NCBI GenBank assembly: GCA_965112155.1
Contig: OZ218105.1
Source: Podarcis liolepis
Taxonomy: Eukaryota
Reading direction: 5' to 3' (one strand)
DNA: 64,000 nucleotides
Below, piece by piece: positions 26,267 through 38,661 of the stretch (position 1 is the stretch's first letter; each line of letters opens with the position of its first letter). The notes beneath the pieces are model-generated. The model was not told the DNA's origin. It saw nothing but the letters and a program-made list of their open reading frames with translations, and did not search any database. Position numbers and translations under genes: made by a program.

Positions 26267-26437
26267 NNNNNNNNNNNNNNNNNNNNNNNNNNNNNNNNNN
26301 NNNNNNNNNNNNNNNNNNNNNNNNNNNNNNNNNNNNNNNNNNNNNNNNNNNNNNNNNNNNNNNNNNNNNNNNNNNNNNNNNNNNNNNNNNNNNNNNNNNN
26401 NNNNNNNNNNNNNNNNNNNNNNNNNNNNNNNNNNNNN
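26267..26437. other. Assembly gap (N run)
   Basis: Ns at the microsatellite position of the duplicated unit. Confidence 0.99.
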
Positions 26438-26765
26438 CACCTGGTTCTTAGTGGTGATATAGTTTTGGATACAGGAACCCAAACATGGGAAGTATCAACT
26501 TGATATTACTGCACATGAGACTTAAATATGTGATATAGAAGACTCTGTATGAGAATGGTGTATAGTGGACACTTGGATTGCGAACCTAAGTGACCCACCA
26601 CAGTGTGCAAGCTGCTCACATAAAAGGTTAACCAAAAATCAGCATGAGCAAGTAACACTCATGATCAGAATGGCACAAAGCCCTGATGGGTGATAGAGAA
26701 AGATTACTGTCTTCAAACCCAGCTCCTACGGTCTCTGTCTCTGTCTGTGTCTCTGTATCTCTCTC

Positions 26766-26804
<39 letters not shown>

Positions 26805-26991
26805 TAGTGCGCGCGCACACACACACGAGCACGATTAATGAAAGTAAATCTGATGTTTCAAAAGAGAGGAATAAACTTGCTGTTGGACTGATGCAGAAGG
26901 ATTGAACCCAAGGATTGAGAACTGGATGTGGTCTGAGACCCAGACCTTTAATTACCCCCATTATGTTTTGGAATTCTTTTGCATGTCATTA

Positions 26992-28166
26992 CAGTGGTGC
27001 CTCGCAAGACAAAATTAATTCATTCCGCGAGTTTTTTCGTCTTGCGATTTTTTTCGTCTTGCGAAGCACGGTGTCGGGAAAGTTTTGGGAAAGCTTCAAA
27101 AATCACCAAAGTCTTCAAAAACCTCAAAAAAGGGGGGTGCTTGGGAGGGAGGGAGAGGCGGGCACGGGCGTGGGGGGAGGTGGGGCGGAGGTTGCTGCCT
27201 GAGCCCCCAGGATCGGTTCGGCTCGCCTTGCTCCGACTCTTTGCACTACAGTCGGTGCCATCTTGCTGCTGCTGCTGCTGTCGCCGTGGTAGTCAAAACT
27301 CCTACCGGCCTAAAAGTTGTCTGGTGCAAAATCCTTTCTGCAGCAGCAGCCCGAAAGAAAGCGAGAGCACCAGCCAGCCAGCCGCCCGCCACGGGCAGGA
27401 GGGAGGGAGGAAGCGTCGGCGACGGTGGATGCCTATTGCCCCTGTTGCTGCTGCAGCCGGCCAGCCAGCCAGAAGCGCGCGAGCGGAGAGGGGTGCATCC
27501 AGCCCGTTGGAGAGGAGTGCGGGGGCGTGTCCCCGGTGGCTCCTGAGCTGACCTTGCCTGGCCCGGCGCCTTCCGAGCTGCCAAAGGGCGACTCACCTGC
27601 TGCCTGCGCTGTGCCGGGACTAACTCGAGCGGGGCGAGGAGAACACACACTCGCGCACACACACACCGAGAGGCAAACTTGCCGCAGCCGGCGACGTCGC
27701 GGGGTTGGAAAGCGCGGAGATGCAGGTAGGGGGCGCCCCTCGCAGGGCGAGCGCTGGAGGGCCCGGGCAGGTGCTCTTGTCACCACCAGGGGGCTGGGGG
27801 GAGAGAAGGAAGGAGCCCCGTCCGAAGAGCCCCAGAGCCTGGCCTCCCTAACTGGGAGTTGTGGGGAGGGAAGTGTGCGCGCCTTGCTATTTTTTGTCGA
27901 AACAAAGCTCCCTCTCCCTCAGAACCCTCCTTCATGCGTTCTTGCCCCTACAGAGACGCACACCGCATGCTATGAGTTGCTCCTCGAAGTCAAGTCGCAA
28001 CTGTATTAACGGTTTTAAGAAAAAGGAAACAAACTTGCAAGACGTTTCCGTCTTGCAAAGCAAGCCCATAGGGAAAATTGTCTTGCGAAGCAACTCAAAA
28101 ACGGAAAACCCTTTCGTCTTGTGAGTTTTCCGTCTTGCGAGGCATTCGTCTTGCGAGGTACCACTG
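26992..28166. mobile_element. Tc1/mariner (Tigger-like) non-autonomous element with GC/CpG-rich interior
   Basis: TA|CAGTGGTGCCTCGCAAGAC ... GTCTTGCGAGGTACCACTG|TA; repeated CGTCTTGCGA subterminal motifs; empty site in paralogs. Confidence 0.85.
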
Positions 28167-28441
28167 TATTGCATGTATAGTTATTTCCCCTCATAATATA
28201 AGTTTTGGGTTTGATGCATTTGTAACTGTCTCCTCTAACAGGAAACACCCAACTATCTTCTGCAGAAGTTCAAGCAAGATAGCTCTGGTGGCAGATAACA
28301 AGGTCCTGGCATTTAACGGTCATGAACATGTGCCCAGTAGACCATTCTCATACAGAGTCTTCTATATCAGATATCTAAGTCTCATGTGCAGTAATATCAA
28401 GTTGATATTTCCCATGTTTGACCTCCTGTATCCAAAACTAT

Positions 28442-28798
28442 GGGGATGCGGGTCACGCTGTGGGTTAAACCACAGAGCCTAGGACTTGCTGACCAGAAGG
28501 TTGGCGGTTCAAATCCCCGTGACGGGGTGAGCTCCTGTTACTCGGTCCCTGCTCCTGCCAACCTAGCAGTTCGAAAGCACATCAACGTGCAAGTAGGTAA
28601 ATAGGTACCACTCCAGCGGGAAGGTAAACGGTGTTTCTGTGCACTGCTGCGGTTCGCCAGAAGCGGCTTAGTCATGCTGGCCCCATGACCCGGAAGCTGT
28701 ACACCGGTTCCCTCGGCCAGTAAAGCGAGATGAGCGCTGCAACCCCAGAGTCGGCCACGACTGGACTAATGGTCAGGGGTCCCTTTACCTTTACCTTT
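28442..28798 (+). mobile_element. Sauria SINE, full length
   Basis: tRNA-like head with B-box-like GGTTCAAATCC; 3' tail (ACCTTT)n; 13-bp TSD TATCCAAAACTAT (28429-28441 and 28799-28811). Confidence 0.9.
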
Positions 28799-28998
28799 TA
28801 TCCAAAACTATACCACCATTGCATAAGAGGCATGCTTTCGTAGCACGGAGAGGGGCATAAAAACCACAGAACTACCCAAAGAAAATTCAGTGGAATGGGA
28901 TATGGAATGGCAGAATAGAAAAAACTAAGAACCAGGTGGAAGGGGCATGATGTAGTGCTCTCTCTCTCTCATACTTATACTTATACTCATACACATAA

Positions 28999-29055
<57 letters not shown>

Positions 29056-30699
29056 CCACCTCTTGGTCTGGCTAGATTGCAGCCTTATTTAGAAAGAGAA
29101 TTTATTTTTTCCTTGTCACCAGTATGGAATGAAGAGTACTCAGAAAAAAGAGAGGCTTTAAAGGATTGATGCATCTGGGATTGTGCAGAAGTGTGCCCAC
29201 ACCCCACCAAAAATAGCAGGTTGACCTCCCACATGTGTCATGTCGTCCCAAGGGGGTTGGAAAATTAACGCGATTGAGGCCTGCCAGCAGAACATCACGG
29301 GGGAGGAGAGTACTGTTGTGTTCAGAAGCTGTTGTGGGCTTCCATGAAGCATCTGTTTGGCCACTGTGAGACCAGGACAATTGACTGCAAGGGCCACTGA
29401 CCTGATCTAGAAGGACTCTTTTTTTTTCTTCAGATATATTTCTCCACCCCAGCCTACGTTCTTCCCCTGCAGAACGAACCGCAAGCTGATTTCTCTCTGA
29501 ATACACTGGTTAGTCTTTCTGTTAATGGGTCAGGTGACACTCTAATCAATAAAGATGTTTCTCCAGATAGGGGCAAAGAGAAGTTGGACTTGCTTACCAC
29601 TTGCAAACTCTCTCTTCTCAAGAGTGCTTGCTTGGTGCACTGAACTTTAGAAGGCAAGAATCTCCTCCTGAGTTTGTCAAATGCTATCCTGAGACCCAGT
29701 GTGGAATACAGTCATCTTATAACATGATGCTGGCAAATGGATTACACAGAACTGAAGACACATGGGCAGAATCCTACACATCTTGCTAAGAACCAGATGA
29801 GGCGTCTTAACAATTTCTGCAAATCTTCTGATTACCTGCTGATTCCAGCACCACTCGCTGCTTCCACTCACCATGCCGGAGGGATGCTGATCCAAAGTTT
29901 TTGAAAGCAATGTGAATAACTACTTTTGATGTCATTCATTAGCAAAGGTAAGAGGGGATCTGTAGCTGAATGGCAATGCTATGCACCTTTGGCTGATAGG
30001 TGGGACAAGCTAACTCCATGGAGTGTTCTCTTAGAAGGATACCAGGTGGATGTCTGGTGAAGACGGCAGAATTTTTTGGTTCCCACATCCAGTCAGGGCA
30101 GAAAGTACTAGGCAGGATAGAGTAATGGTTTGTCTAATACATTCCACATTATAAAACTCTTGCTGTCTGGCTAATCTATTGTGGGGGTTTTTTCTTCTAA
30201 TTTTCATTTTTCTTAATAATCCCAATTCAACTTGAGTTTTATTTATCCACTTTTGTTCAAAATCACAGTTTAATAACAATAAAATTACAAATGCCTTCCC
30301 AATTCATTCTAGCTTTTGTTTCCCGAATCACAAGAGCTGTTCAACTCCTTCTCACACTCCTCTTCTCCAACACCCAACCAACCAATGTCCGTGACACAAA
30401 AGGTTAGTTTCCGATCTTAAGGCTGAGTCAGAGAGCAGAAGAGGAGAATTTGAGTTGTAAAACAATATGCTTACTGATATTGTGAATGTAATTTTTTTAC
30501 TCAGAGCAAAAGATCCACAACACATTGGCGAACTCCATTTCCCCCCAAAGCCTTTGAAACTGATAAGTTGTGGCAAACATTCCAAAGACTATATTCCTAA
30601 AGTGTTCATCAGTCATGAATTCCCACTATAGCATGTCTCTTTTGTTATTGTTTGAGTGTCTCAGTTTCATATGGTTGAGCTTTACAGCTAAAACCGACT

Positions 30700-30726
30700 C
30701 CACATTTGTTTATTTTCTCTTGTTAG
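30700..30726 (+). promoter_or_regulatory. Putative 3' splice acceptor for the MRGPR coding exon (conserved in all paralogs)
   Basis: Pyrimidine tract plus TAG 40-44 nt upstream of the ATG; AG ends at 30726, 38617, 51512, 59132, with mirror sites on the minus-strand genes. Confidence 0.65.
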
Positions 30727-30766
30727 AACTATACAAGAAAAGGCCCAAAAGTCCAGATACAGCAAG

Positions 30767-31762
30767 ATGAGCAATGATGGCCAGGGATCCTGGTCCACTT
30801 TAAATGCTTCATTGGAAGATATTGGAGCAGAAAATGGAACTGACTTCCTAACCCCCCAGGACGGTTTCGATCACGAATTATCACCATATCATATAGCAGA
30901 CATTCTTATCTCCATCTCCATTTTACTTATTAGCATTTTTGGACTTATGGGGAATGGAACTGTCATCTGGTTTCTTGGCTTTTGCATGAAGAGGAATCCT
31001 TTCACCACTTTCATACTACATCTGGCTGTTGCTGACCTTGGGGCTCTCATGAGCTTATCTTCTCATTCGATTATGAGAATTTTGAGTTTATTTTCATCCT
31101 TACCTTTGTATAGTTACTTGTTCATAGTATTCGACTATTTCTTGTTGTTCATGTACAACACTGGTCAATATCTGTTGACAGCCATTAGCATTGACAGGTG
31201 TGTTTCTGTTGTTTTCCCACTTTGGCATCGATGCCACCGACCACCACACTTTTCCACCCTTGTGTGTGCCACAATATGGATCATTTCTTTCCTGCTCTCT
31301 GTAATCAGCATGATTCTTTTTATTTTTAGAGATACAATGAATCCCCTTTTCTATCTGCTTCTAATGAATGCTATACTTTGTCTCCCACTCATGACTGTTT
31401 CCACTCTGGTCCTGTTTATAAAAGTTTACTTCAGATCACAACTGAGGAAGAAGGGAAAAGCTTTAAGAGCCATCCTGCTTGCCCTCCTCTTCTTCCTCTT
31501 GTTAGCTTTTCCATATACTTGCATTTTATTAATCAGATTTTCCCCTCCACTTATAGACTATAAGGTTATATTTTTTGCAATACCAGTTGGGTTGTTATGC
31601 AGCTGCCTGAATTGCAGTATTAACCCACTGATTTATTTCCTGATTGGGAGAAACAAGAGGGCTCGATCCAGGGAGAGCATGAAGGTCATACTCCAGAGAC
31701 TTTTCAAAGAGGAGGAAAACTGCAGAGAGGAACAAGATGTTCCTGTTCAAACCTGGATGTGA
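30767..31762 (+). CDS. MRGPRH-like: Mas-related GPCR, intact, 331 aa
   Basis: 7TM MRGPR motifs; uninterrupted ORF. Confidence 0.92.
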   Translation: MSNDGQGSWSTLNASLEDIGAENGTDFLTPQDGFDHELSPYHIADILISISILLISIFGLMGNGTVIWFLGFCMKRNPFTTFILHLAVADLGALMSLSSHSIMRILSLFSSLPLYSYLFIVFDYFLLFMYNTGQYLLTAISIDRCVSVVFPLWHRCHRPPHFSTLVCATIWIISFLLSVISMILFIFRDTMNPLFYLLLMNAILCLPLMTVSTLVLFIKVYFRSQLRKKGKALRAILLALLFFLLLAFPYTCILLIRFSPPLIDYKVIFFAIPVGLLCSCLNCSINPLIYFLIGRNKRARSRESMKVILQRLFKEEENCREEQDVPVQTWM

Positions 31763-33154
31763 AGACTTCAGAAAAGTTCAGAAAGCTTCATTTTCTATCT
31801 CTTGGTGTAATTCTTGATATTTGTTTTCCTCTGTACTCACTATTTTATGATTTTGGATTTATTTACTCTGTTAATTTTTGTCCTTGTTTCAGGAGTATCG
31901 TTAAAAGCCCCGTGGATTGCTCATTTGGCAGGATTAATATTTAGTATGTTTTAGAAAATGAAATAAAAATAAATGCCGCTTTAACAGTGTAAGTTGAGTG
32001 GGATGACTTGCTAAATGGTATAGAAAGCAGACTCATTGCCAAAGGGAATGAAGTAAAGAAATCTTCACATGTAGAGCTCGAATGTTTGAAGAAAACAGAA
32101 GAAAGTATTTTCCGCAGATTTTTTAAAAAGTGCATGATAGTAAATTCCACCAGTACAATCCCTATTTTCTGTGCTATTTTTCTAGAAAATGAGGTGCAGA
32201 AACTCACCATAAAGGTCTCCTTTGTTCTATTACAATTTCAATGGCACCCATCTGAGAGGTGCCGGAATTGAGTTCCGGAAAGTTCTGGCTGAAAAAGATC
32301 CCTGCTTATTATACGAAGGTAGTGATATAGACATTGTAACTATGTGCATATAGAAATCCACAAAATTCTGCCATCTACAACTTTATAGGGCAATGTGACA
32401 ATTAGCAGAAGTGATTCATGACATCAATGCTTCACTATCTTTCCCAAAAAGTTCTTTGGGGGAAATCCAGAGCATACTGGGGGGGGGGGGGTTCCATAAC
32501 ATGCCTCAATGCACTTTCCACTCAATGCTAGCCGTCAAGCCTATATCCAAAGCTACACTAGACTATTTTCCATGGTGTAGAACTGAAATCGCCATGGATA
32601 GATACTCACATTGACACATCATTCTGGTCAATACTTATTAAGAAGAATTGGCATGGGGCATGAGAATAAAGCAGTCAGGTGAAACCATGCAGTCCACTGT
32701 GAATTGCAGAGCAAAGAGTCACCTCTGAGCAGGGGGGAAGATGATTGGGCTCCTCTTAAGCTGATTAGCTTTTCACTGGCACAACCTAAGTGACCCACCA
32801 CAGTGTGCAAGCTTTGGTTAACCAAAAATCAGCATGAGCAAGTAACACTCATCATCAGAATGGCACAAAGCCCTGGTGGGTGATAGAGAAAGATTACTGT
32901 CTTCAAACCCAGCTCCTGCAGTCTCTGTATCTCTCTGTCTGTCTGTCTTTCTCTCTCTCTAAGTGTGTGTGTGCGTGTGTGCACGATTAATGAAAGTAAA
33001 TCTGATGTTTCAAAAGAGAGGAATTAACTTGCTGTTGGACTGATGCAGAAGGATTGAACCCAAGGATTCAGAACTGGATTTGGTCTGAGGCCCAGAACTT
33101 TAATTACCCCCATTATGTTTTGGAATTCTTTTGCATATCATTATTGCATATATA

Positions 33155-34050
33155 CCGTATTTTTCGCTCCATAGGACACACTTTTTCCCTCCTAAAAAGC
33201 AAGGGAAAATGTGTGTGTGTCTTATGGAGTGAATTCAGGGGGGAGGCAGGTGGGAAAAGCCCCCAAGAGCCTCACACAAGCTCCGTGTGGCTCTTGCGGG
33301 CTTTTCCCCAGGAGGGAGAAGGGACTGACTGGCCTGATCAGTCCCTTCTCCCACCTTGTAGAAAGGCCCCCAGGAGCCACGCACCCTTTAAAGAGCGAGC
33401 GGCTCCTGCGGGCTTTTCTATGAGGTGGGAGAAGGGACTGACGCAGCCAGTTAGTCCCTTCTCCCTCCTCAGGGAAAAGCCCCCAAGAGCAGTGCGCTCT
33501 TTAAAGAGTGTGCGGCTTCTGCGGGAGGTGGGGGGAAAGCCAGTAGAAGCCGCGCAGCCCCTTTAAGGAGCGATCGGCTTCTGCCAGTAGAAAAGCCAGT
33601 AGAAGCCGCGCAGCCCCTTTAAAGAGTGTGCGGATTCTGCAGGAGGTTGGGAATACTCCCAGAGCTTGTTGGGGCTGATGGGGGAAGTCTGGGCTTTCCA
33701 CGCCAGCCCCGATAAGTTCCTGAGCAGCTCTGGGGTAGCCCGCGAAGCCTCCACAGGGCAGCAGCGAGCCTTCATCCCACTGCCCTGTGGAGATGCTCTT
33801 GGGGGCTTTCCCCCGAGGAGGGAGGAGGGCAGCCAATCACTGAAGGGCTTCCCTTCTCCCTCCTCGTAGAAAAGCCTGCAAGCGCCGCACACACACTCCA
33901 CGCGGCTTGCGAAAGGGAGCGCTGAGCAGAGCCTGGGATGCATACGGGCTCTGCTCAGTACTCCCTTTAAATATATTCTTTTCTTGAACCCCCCCCTAAA
34001 AACTAGGTGCGCCCTATAGTCCTGCGCGCCCTATGGAGCAAAAAATATGG
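33155..34050. mobile_element. Tc2/pogo-like MITE, complete (inverted paralog)
   Basis: TA|CCGTATTTTTCGCTCCATAGG ... CCTATGGAGCAAAAAATATGG|TA. Confidence 0.85.
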
Positions 34051-34458
34051 TAGTTATTTCCCCCCATAATATAAGTTTTGAGTTTGATGCTTTTGTAACT
34101 GTCTCATCTCACAGGAAACACCCAACTATCTTCTGCATAAGTTAAAGCAAGATAGCTCTGGTGGCAGATAACAAGGTCCTGGCATTTAACGGTCCTGAAC
34201 ATGTGCCCAGTAGACCATTCTCATACAGAGTCTTCTATATCTCATATCTAAGTCTCATGTCCAGTAATATCAAGTTGATACTTCCCATGTTTGGGCTTCT
34301 GTATCCAAAACTATACCACCATTGCATAAGAGACATGCTTTGTGTAGCGCTGAGAGGAGCATAAAACCCCCAGAACAACCCAAAGAAAATTCAGTGGAAT
34401 GGGATATGGAATGACTGAATGGAAAAAACTAAGAACCAGGTGGAAGGGGGCATGCAGT

Positions 34459-34538
<80 letters not shown>

Positions 34539-35965
34539 CTTGACCTGGCAGCCTTATTCAGACTGAGAATTATTTTTTTCCTTGACGCCAAGATGGAATG
34601 AAGAGTGCTCGATATCAATAAATAGAGGCTGTAAAGAACTGGTGCATATGGGATCGGACAGAAGTGTGCCCACACCCCACCAAAAAAAGCAGATTGGCCT
34701 CCCAGACATGTCAAAGCTTTCCCAAGGGGGTTGGAAAATTAACGCGATTGAGGCCTGCCAGCAGAACATCACGGGGGAGGAGAGTACTGTTGTGTTCAGA
34801 AGCTGTTGTGGTCTTCCTTGAAGCATCTGTTTGGCCACTGTGAGACCAGGACAATTGACTGCAAGGGCCACTGACCTGATCTAGAAGGACTCTTTTTTGT
34901 TCTTCAGATATATTTCTCCACCCCAGCCTAAGTTCTTCCCCAGCAGAACCAATCGCAAACTGATTACTCTCTGAATACACTGGTTAGTCTTTCTGTTAAT
35001 GGGTCAGGTGACACTCTAATCAAGGAAGATATTTCTCCAGATAGGGGCAAAGAGAAGTTGGACCTGCTTACCACTTGCAAACTCTCTCTTCTCAAGAGTG
35101 CCTGACTGGGACACTGAACTTTAGACGGCAAGAATCTCCTCCTGAGTTTGCCAAATGCTATCCTGAGACCCAAGGCACAAAGCAACCAGCTTATCACACG
35201 ATGCTGGCAAATGGATTGCACAGAACTGAAGACACATGGGCAGAATCCTACACATCTTGCTAAGAGCCAGATGAGGCGTCTTAACAATTTCTGCAAATCT
35301 TCTGATTACCTGCTGATTCCAGCACCACTCGCTGCTTCCACTCACCATGCCGGAGGGATGCTGAGTCAAAGTTTTTGAGAGCAATGCGAATAGCTACTTT
35401 TGATGTCATTCATTAGCAAAGGTAAGAGGGGATCTGTAGCTGAATGGCAATGCTATGCACCTTTGGCTGATAGGTTGGACAAGCTAACTCCCTGGAGTGT
35501 TCTTTTAGAAGGATACCGGGTGGATAGCTGCTGAAGATCACAGAAAATTTTGGTTCCCACATTCAGTCAGAGGAGAAAGTACTAGGCAGGATAGAGTAAT
35601 GGTTTGTCTAATACATTCCACATTGTAAAACTCTTGCTGTCTGGCTAATCTATTGTGGGTTTTTTTTCTAATTTTCATATTTCTTAACAATCCCTATTCA
35701 ACTTGAATTTTATTTACCCACTTTTGTTCAGAATCACATTTTAATAACAATAAAATTACACATGCCTTCCCAATTCATTCCAGAATCACAAGAGCTCTTC
35801 AACTCCTTCTCACACTCCTCTTCTCTAACACCCAACCAACCAAAGTCCACGACACAAGAGGTTAGTTTCTGGTCTTAAGGCTGAGTCAGAGAGCAGAAGA
35901 GGAGAATTTGAGTTCTAAAACGATGTGCTTACTGATGTTGTGAATGCAGTTTTTTTACTTAGAAG

Positions 35966-36266
35966 AAGAAATAAGGAAGATATTTCAAAAATATTATAAG
36001 GACTTATATAAAAGAGGAAAGGAAACAAAACAAGAAATAGAGCAGTTTTTGCAAGAACATCATTTAAAACAAATCCCAAAAGAAGAAAAAGAGATACTAG
36101 ACCTGGAAATTACCCAAGAAGAGATAAAGAAGGCTATTAAAAAGATGAAAAACGGGAAAGTGCCAGGCAAATATTTGGCGTGGCAAATAAGAGAAAGAAG
36201 AAAACAAAACACGATTAGTAAGATAAGGGAAGGAGAAAGATTGTGGAAGAGCCAAAAGAAATAAGG
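35966..36266 (+). mobile_element. Rearranged internal L1/Tx1 ORF2 fragment
   Basis: EIRKIFQKYYKDLY...EEIKKAIKKMKNGKVPG followed by KYLAWQIRERRKQNTISKI, both typical of the vertebrate L1 ORF2 linker. Confidence 0.7.
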
Positions 36267-36374
36267 GGAGTCCAGGATACAAGAGGTTAGTTTCTGATAT
36301 TAAGGTTGAGTCAGAGAGCAGAAGAGGAGAATTTGAGTTCTAAAACGATGTGCTTACTGATGTTGTGAATGCAG

Positions 36375-38364
36375 ATAAGAAATGACCAGCAGGTTAAAGG
36401 TGTGCAGGTCGGAGCTAAACATTATAAGTTAAGAGCGTTTGCAGATGACCTAGTATTGACTTTGCAAGAGCCAAACACTAGTACGAAAAAGGTTTTAGAA
36501 ATAATACAACAGTTTGGCCAGGTAGCTGGATTTAAGTTGAACAAGCAAAAAACTAAAGTTTTAGGGAAAAACTTAACAGATATGGAAAAGGAGAAATTTC
36601 AAGAGGAAACAGGTTTGACTGTGGTAAAGAAGGTGAAATACCTAGGGGTTTATTTAACATCTAAAAATCTGAATTTGTATAAGGACAACTATGAAAAATG
36701 TTGGTCAGAAATTAAAAAAGATCTAGAAATATGGTCAAATTTGAAACTGTCAATGCTAGGCCGAATCGCTGTGATTAAAATGAATGTATTGCCTAGAATG
36801 CTTTTTCTGTTTCAGACCTTGCAGATTCTCGACAAGATGGAATGTTTCAAGAGGTGGCAGAAAGATATTTCGAAATTTGTCTGGCAGGGCAAAAAGCCCC
36901 GAATTAAATTTAAGATATTGACAGATGCCAAAGAAAGAGGGGGTTTTGCCCTGCCGGACTTAAAATTGTACTACGAGGCAGCAGCTTTCTGCTGGCTGAA
37001 AGAATGGATGCTCCTCGAGAACACTGATATCTTGGATCTAGAAGGTTTTAACAATGCTTTTGGTTGGCATGCATATCTTTGGTATGATAAAGTAAACAGC
37101 GCTTTTAAAAATCACATTGTTAGGAAAGCATTGATTAATGTTTGGATAAGATACAAAGATCTATTGGAAAATAAAACCCCTAGATGGGTGTCACCAGTGG
37201 AGGCCAAAGCAGTGAAGAGACTCAATACGGAGGCCGGATGGCCGAAGTATTGGGAAATCTTAGAACAGGATGGAGACAAGTTCAGACTACAAAGTCAGGA
37301 GAAATTGAAGCATAAAGTTGGAAACTGGTTTCAATATCGTCAAATAATGGAATTTTTTAAACAGGACAGGAAAATTGGTTTCCAGGTGGAAAAATCAAAA
37401 TTAGAAACTGAACTGTTAGAACCCAATACTAAGATTTTATCTAGAATGTATAACTTGCTGTTGAAATGGAACACACAGGATGAAACAGTAAAATCTGCTA
37501 TGATTAAGTGGGCTCAGGATGTTGGACATAACATCATGTCAGCTGACTGGGAATGGTTATGGAACACCGGTATTAAATTTACGGCATGTAATGCCTTAAA
37601 GGAAAACATTATGAAAATGGTATACAGGTGGTACATGACCCCAGTCAAGCTGGCAAAAATCTATCATTTGCCTGATAATAAATGTTGGAAGTGTAAAGAG
37701 ACTGAAGGTACCTTTTATCACCTTTGGTGGACTTGCCCGAAGATTAAGGCCTTCTGGGAAATGATCTATAATGAAATGAAAAAGGTACTTAAATGTACCT
37801 TTCCCAAAAAGCCAGAGGCCTTTCTTCTGGGCATTGTCGGCCAATTGGTGACAAAGAAGGATAGAACTTTTTTTATGTATGCTACAACAGCGGCAAGAAT
37901 ACTCATCGCAAAGTATTGGAAGACACAAGATTTACCCACTCTGGAAGAATGGCAGATGAAAGTGATGGACTATATGACATTGGCCGAGATGACAGGCAGA
38001 ATCCGTGACCAACGAAAAGAGACGGTGGAAGAAGACTGGAGAAAATTTAAAAGTTATCTGAAGGATTATTACAAACTTAATGAATGTTAAAAATGTCGTG
38101 GTTTTCAGAAACAAGGGGGTACAGGGATATATGGTTAGAGGATAGAAAAGGACTAAGTTGACAGAGATTTGAAAGCAATAATTGGGAGTTGCTAGTTGAA
38201 GTATGGACATTGGGATGCAGAGAGGGGGGTATGGGGAAGTCCAAGAAAAGAGGTTTATAAGAAAATATGTATGAAACTATGCGTGTTTGTTTGTCATTTT
38301 CATTGTTTGTTTGTCTTTTTAAAACGTTGTAAAACCAATAAAAATTTTATAAAAAAAAAAAAAA
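36375..38364 (+). mobile_element. 5'-truncated L1/Tx1-clade LINE with open ORF2 3' part, 3'UTR and poly(A)
   Basis: FADD, KYLG, GGFALP and CWKC...HLWWTC motifs; AATAAA then A-tail at 38351-38364; 19-bp TSD ACTGATGTTGTGAATGCAG (36356-36374 and 38365-38383). Confidence 0.92.
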
Positions 38365-38661
38365 ACTGATGTTGTGAATGCAGTTTTTTTACTTAGAGGA
38401 AAGATCCACAACACATTGGCAAACTCCATTTCCCCCCTAAGCCTTTGAAACTGATAAGTTGTGACAAACATTCCTGTGAACCATATTCCTAATGTGTTTG
38501 TTTATCCGTCATTAATTCCCACTATAGCATGTCTCTTTTATTATTGTTTGTCTCAGTTTAATAGGTTGGACTTTATAGCTAAAACGGGCTCCACATTTGT
38601 TTATTTTCTCCTGGTAGTAAGAGCTATACAAGAAAAAGCTCAGAAGTAGAGATACAGCAAG

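Noticed and set aside
26267-26437. N gap as the cause of the strand switch
   Set aside because: Sequence on both sides of the gap is colinear with the paralogs; the flip occurs ~125 bp further right
26979-28009. Long overlapping ORFs (up to 230 aa) in the Tigger-like element
   Set aside because: Stop-poor GC-rich sequence; no DDE transposase motifs
36369-38090. 573-aa ORF as a host gene or L1-MRGPR fusion
   Set aside because: The ATG comes by chance from the TSD; the ORF is a truncated L1 ORF2 lacking the endonuclease and the RT N-terminus, and it stops before the receptor gene
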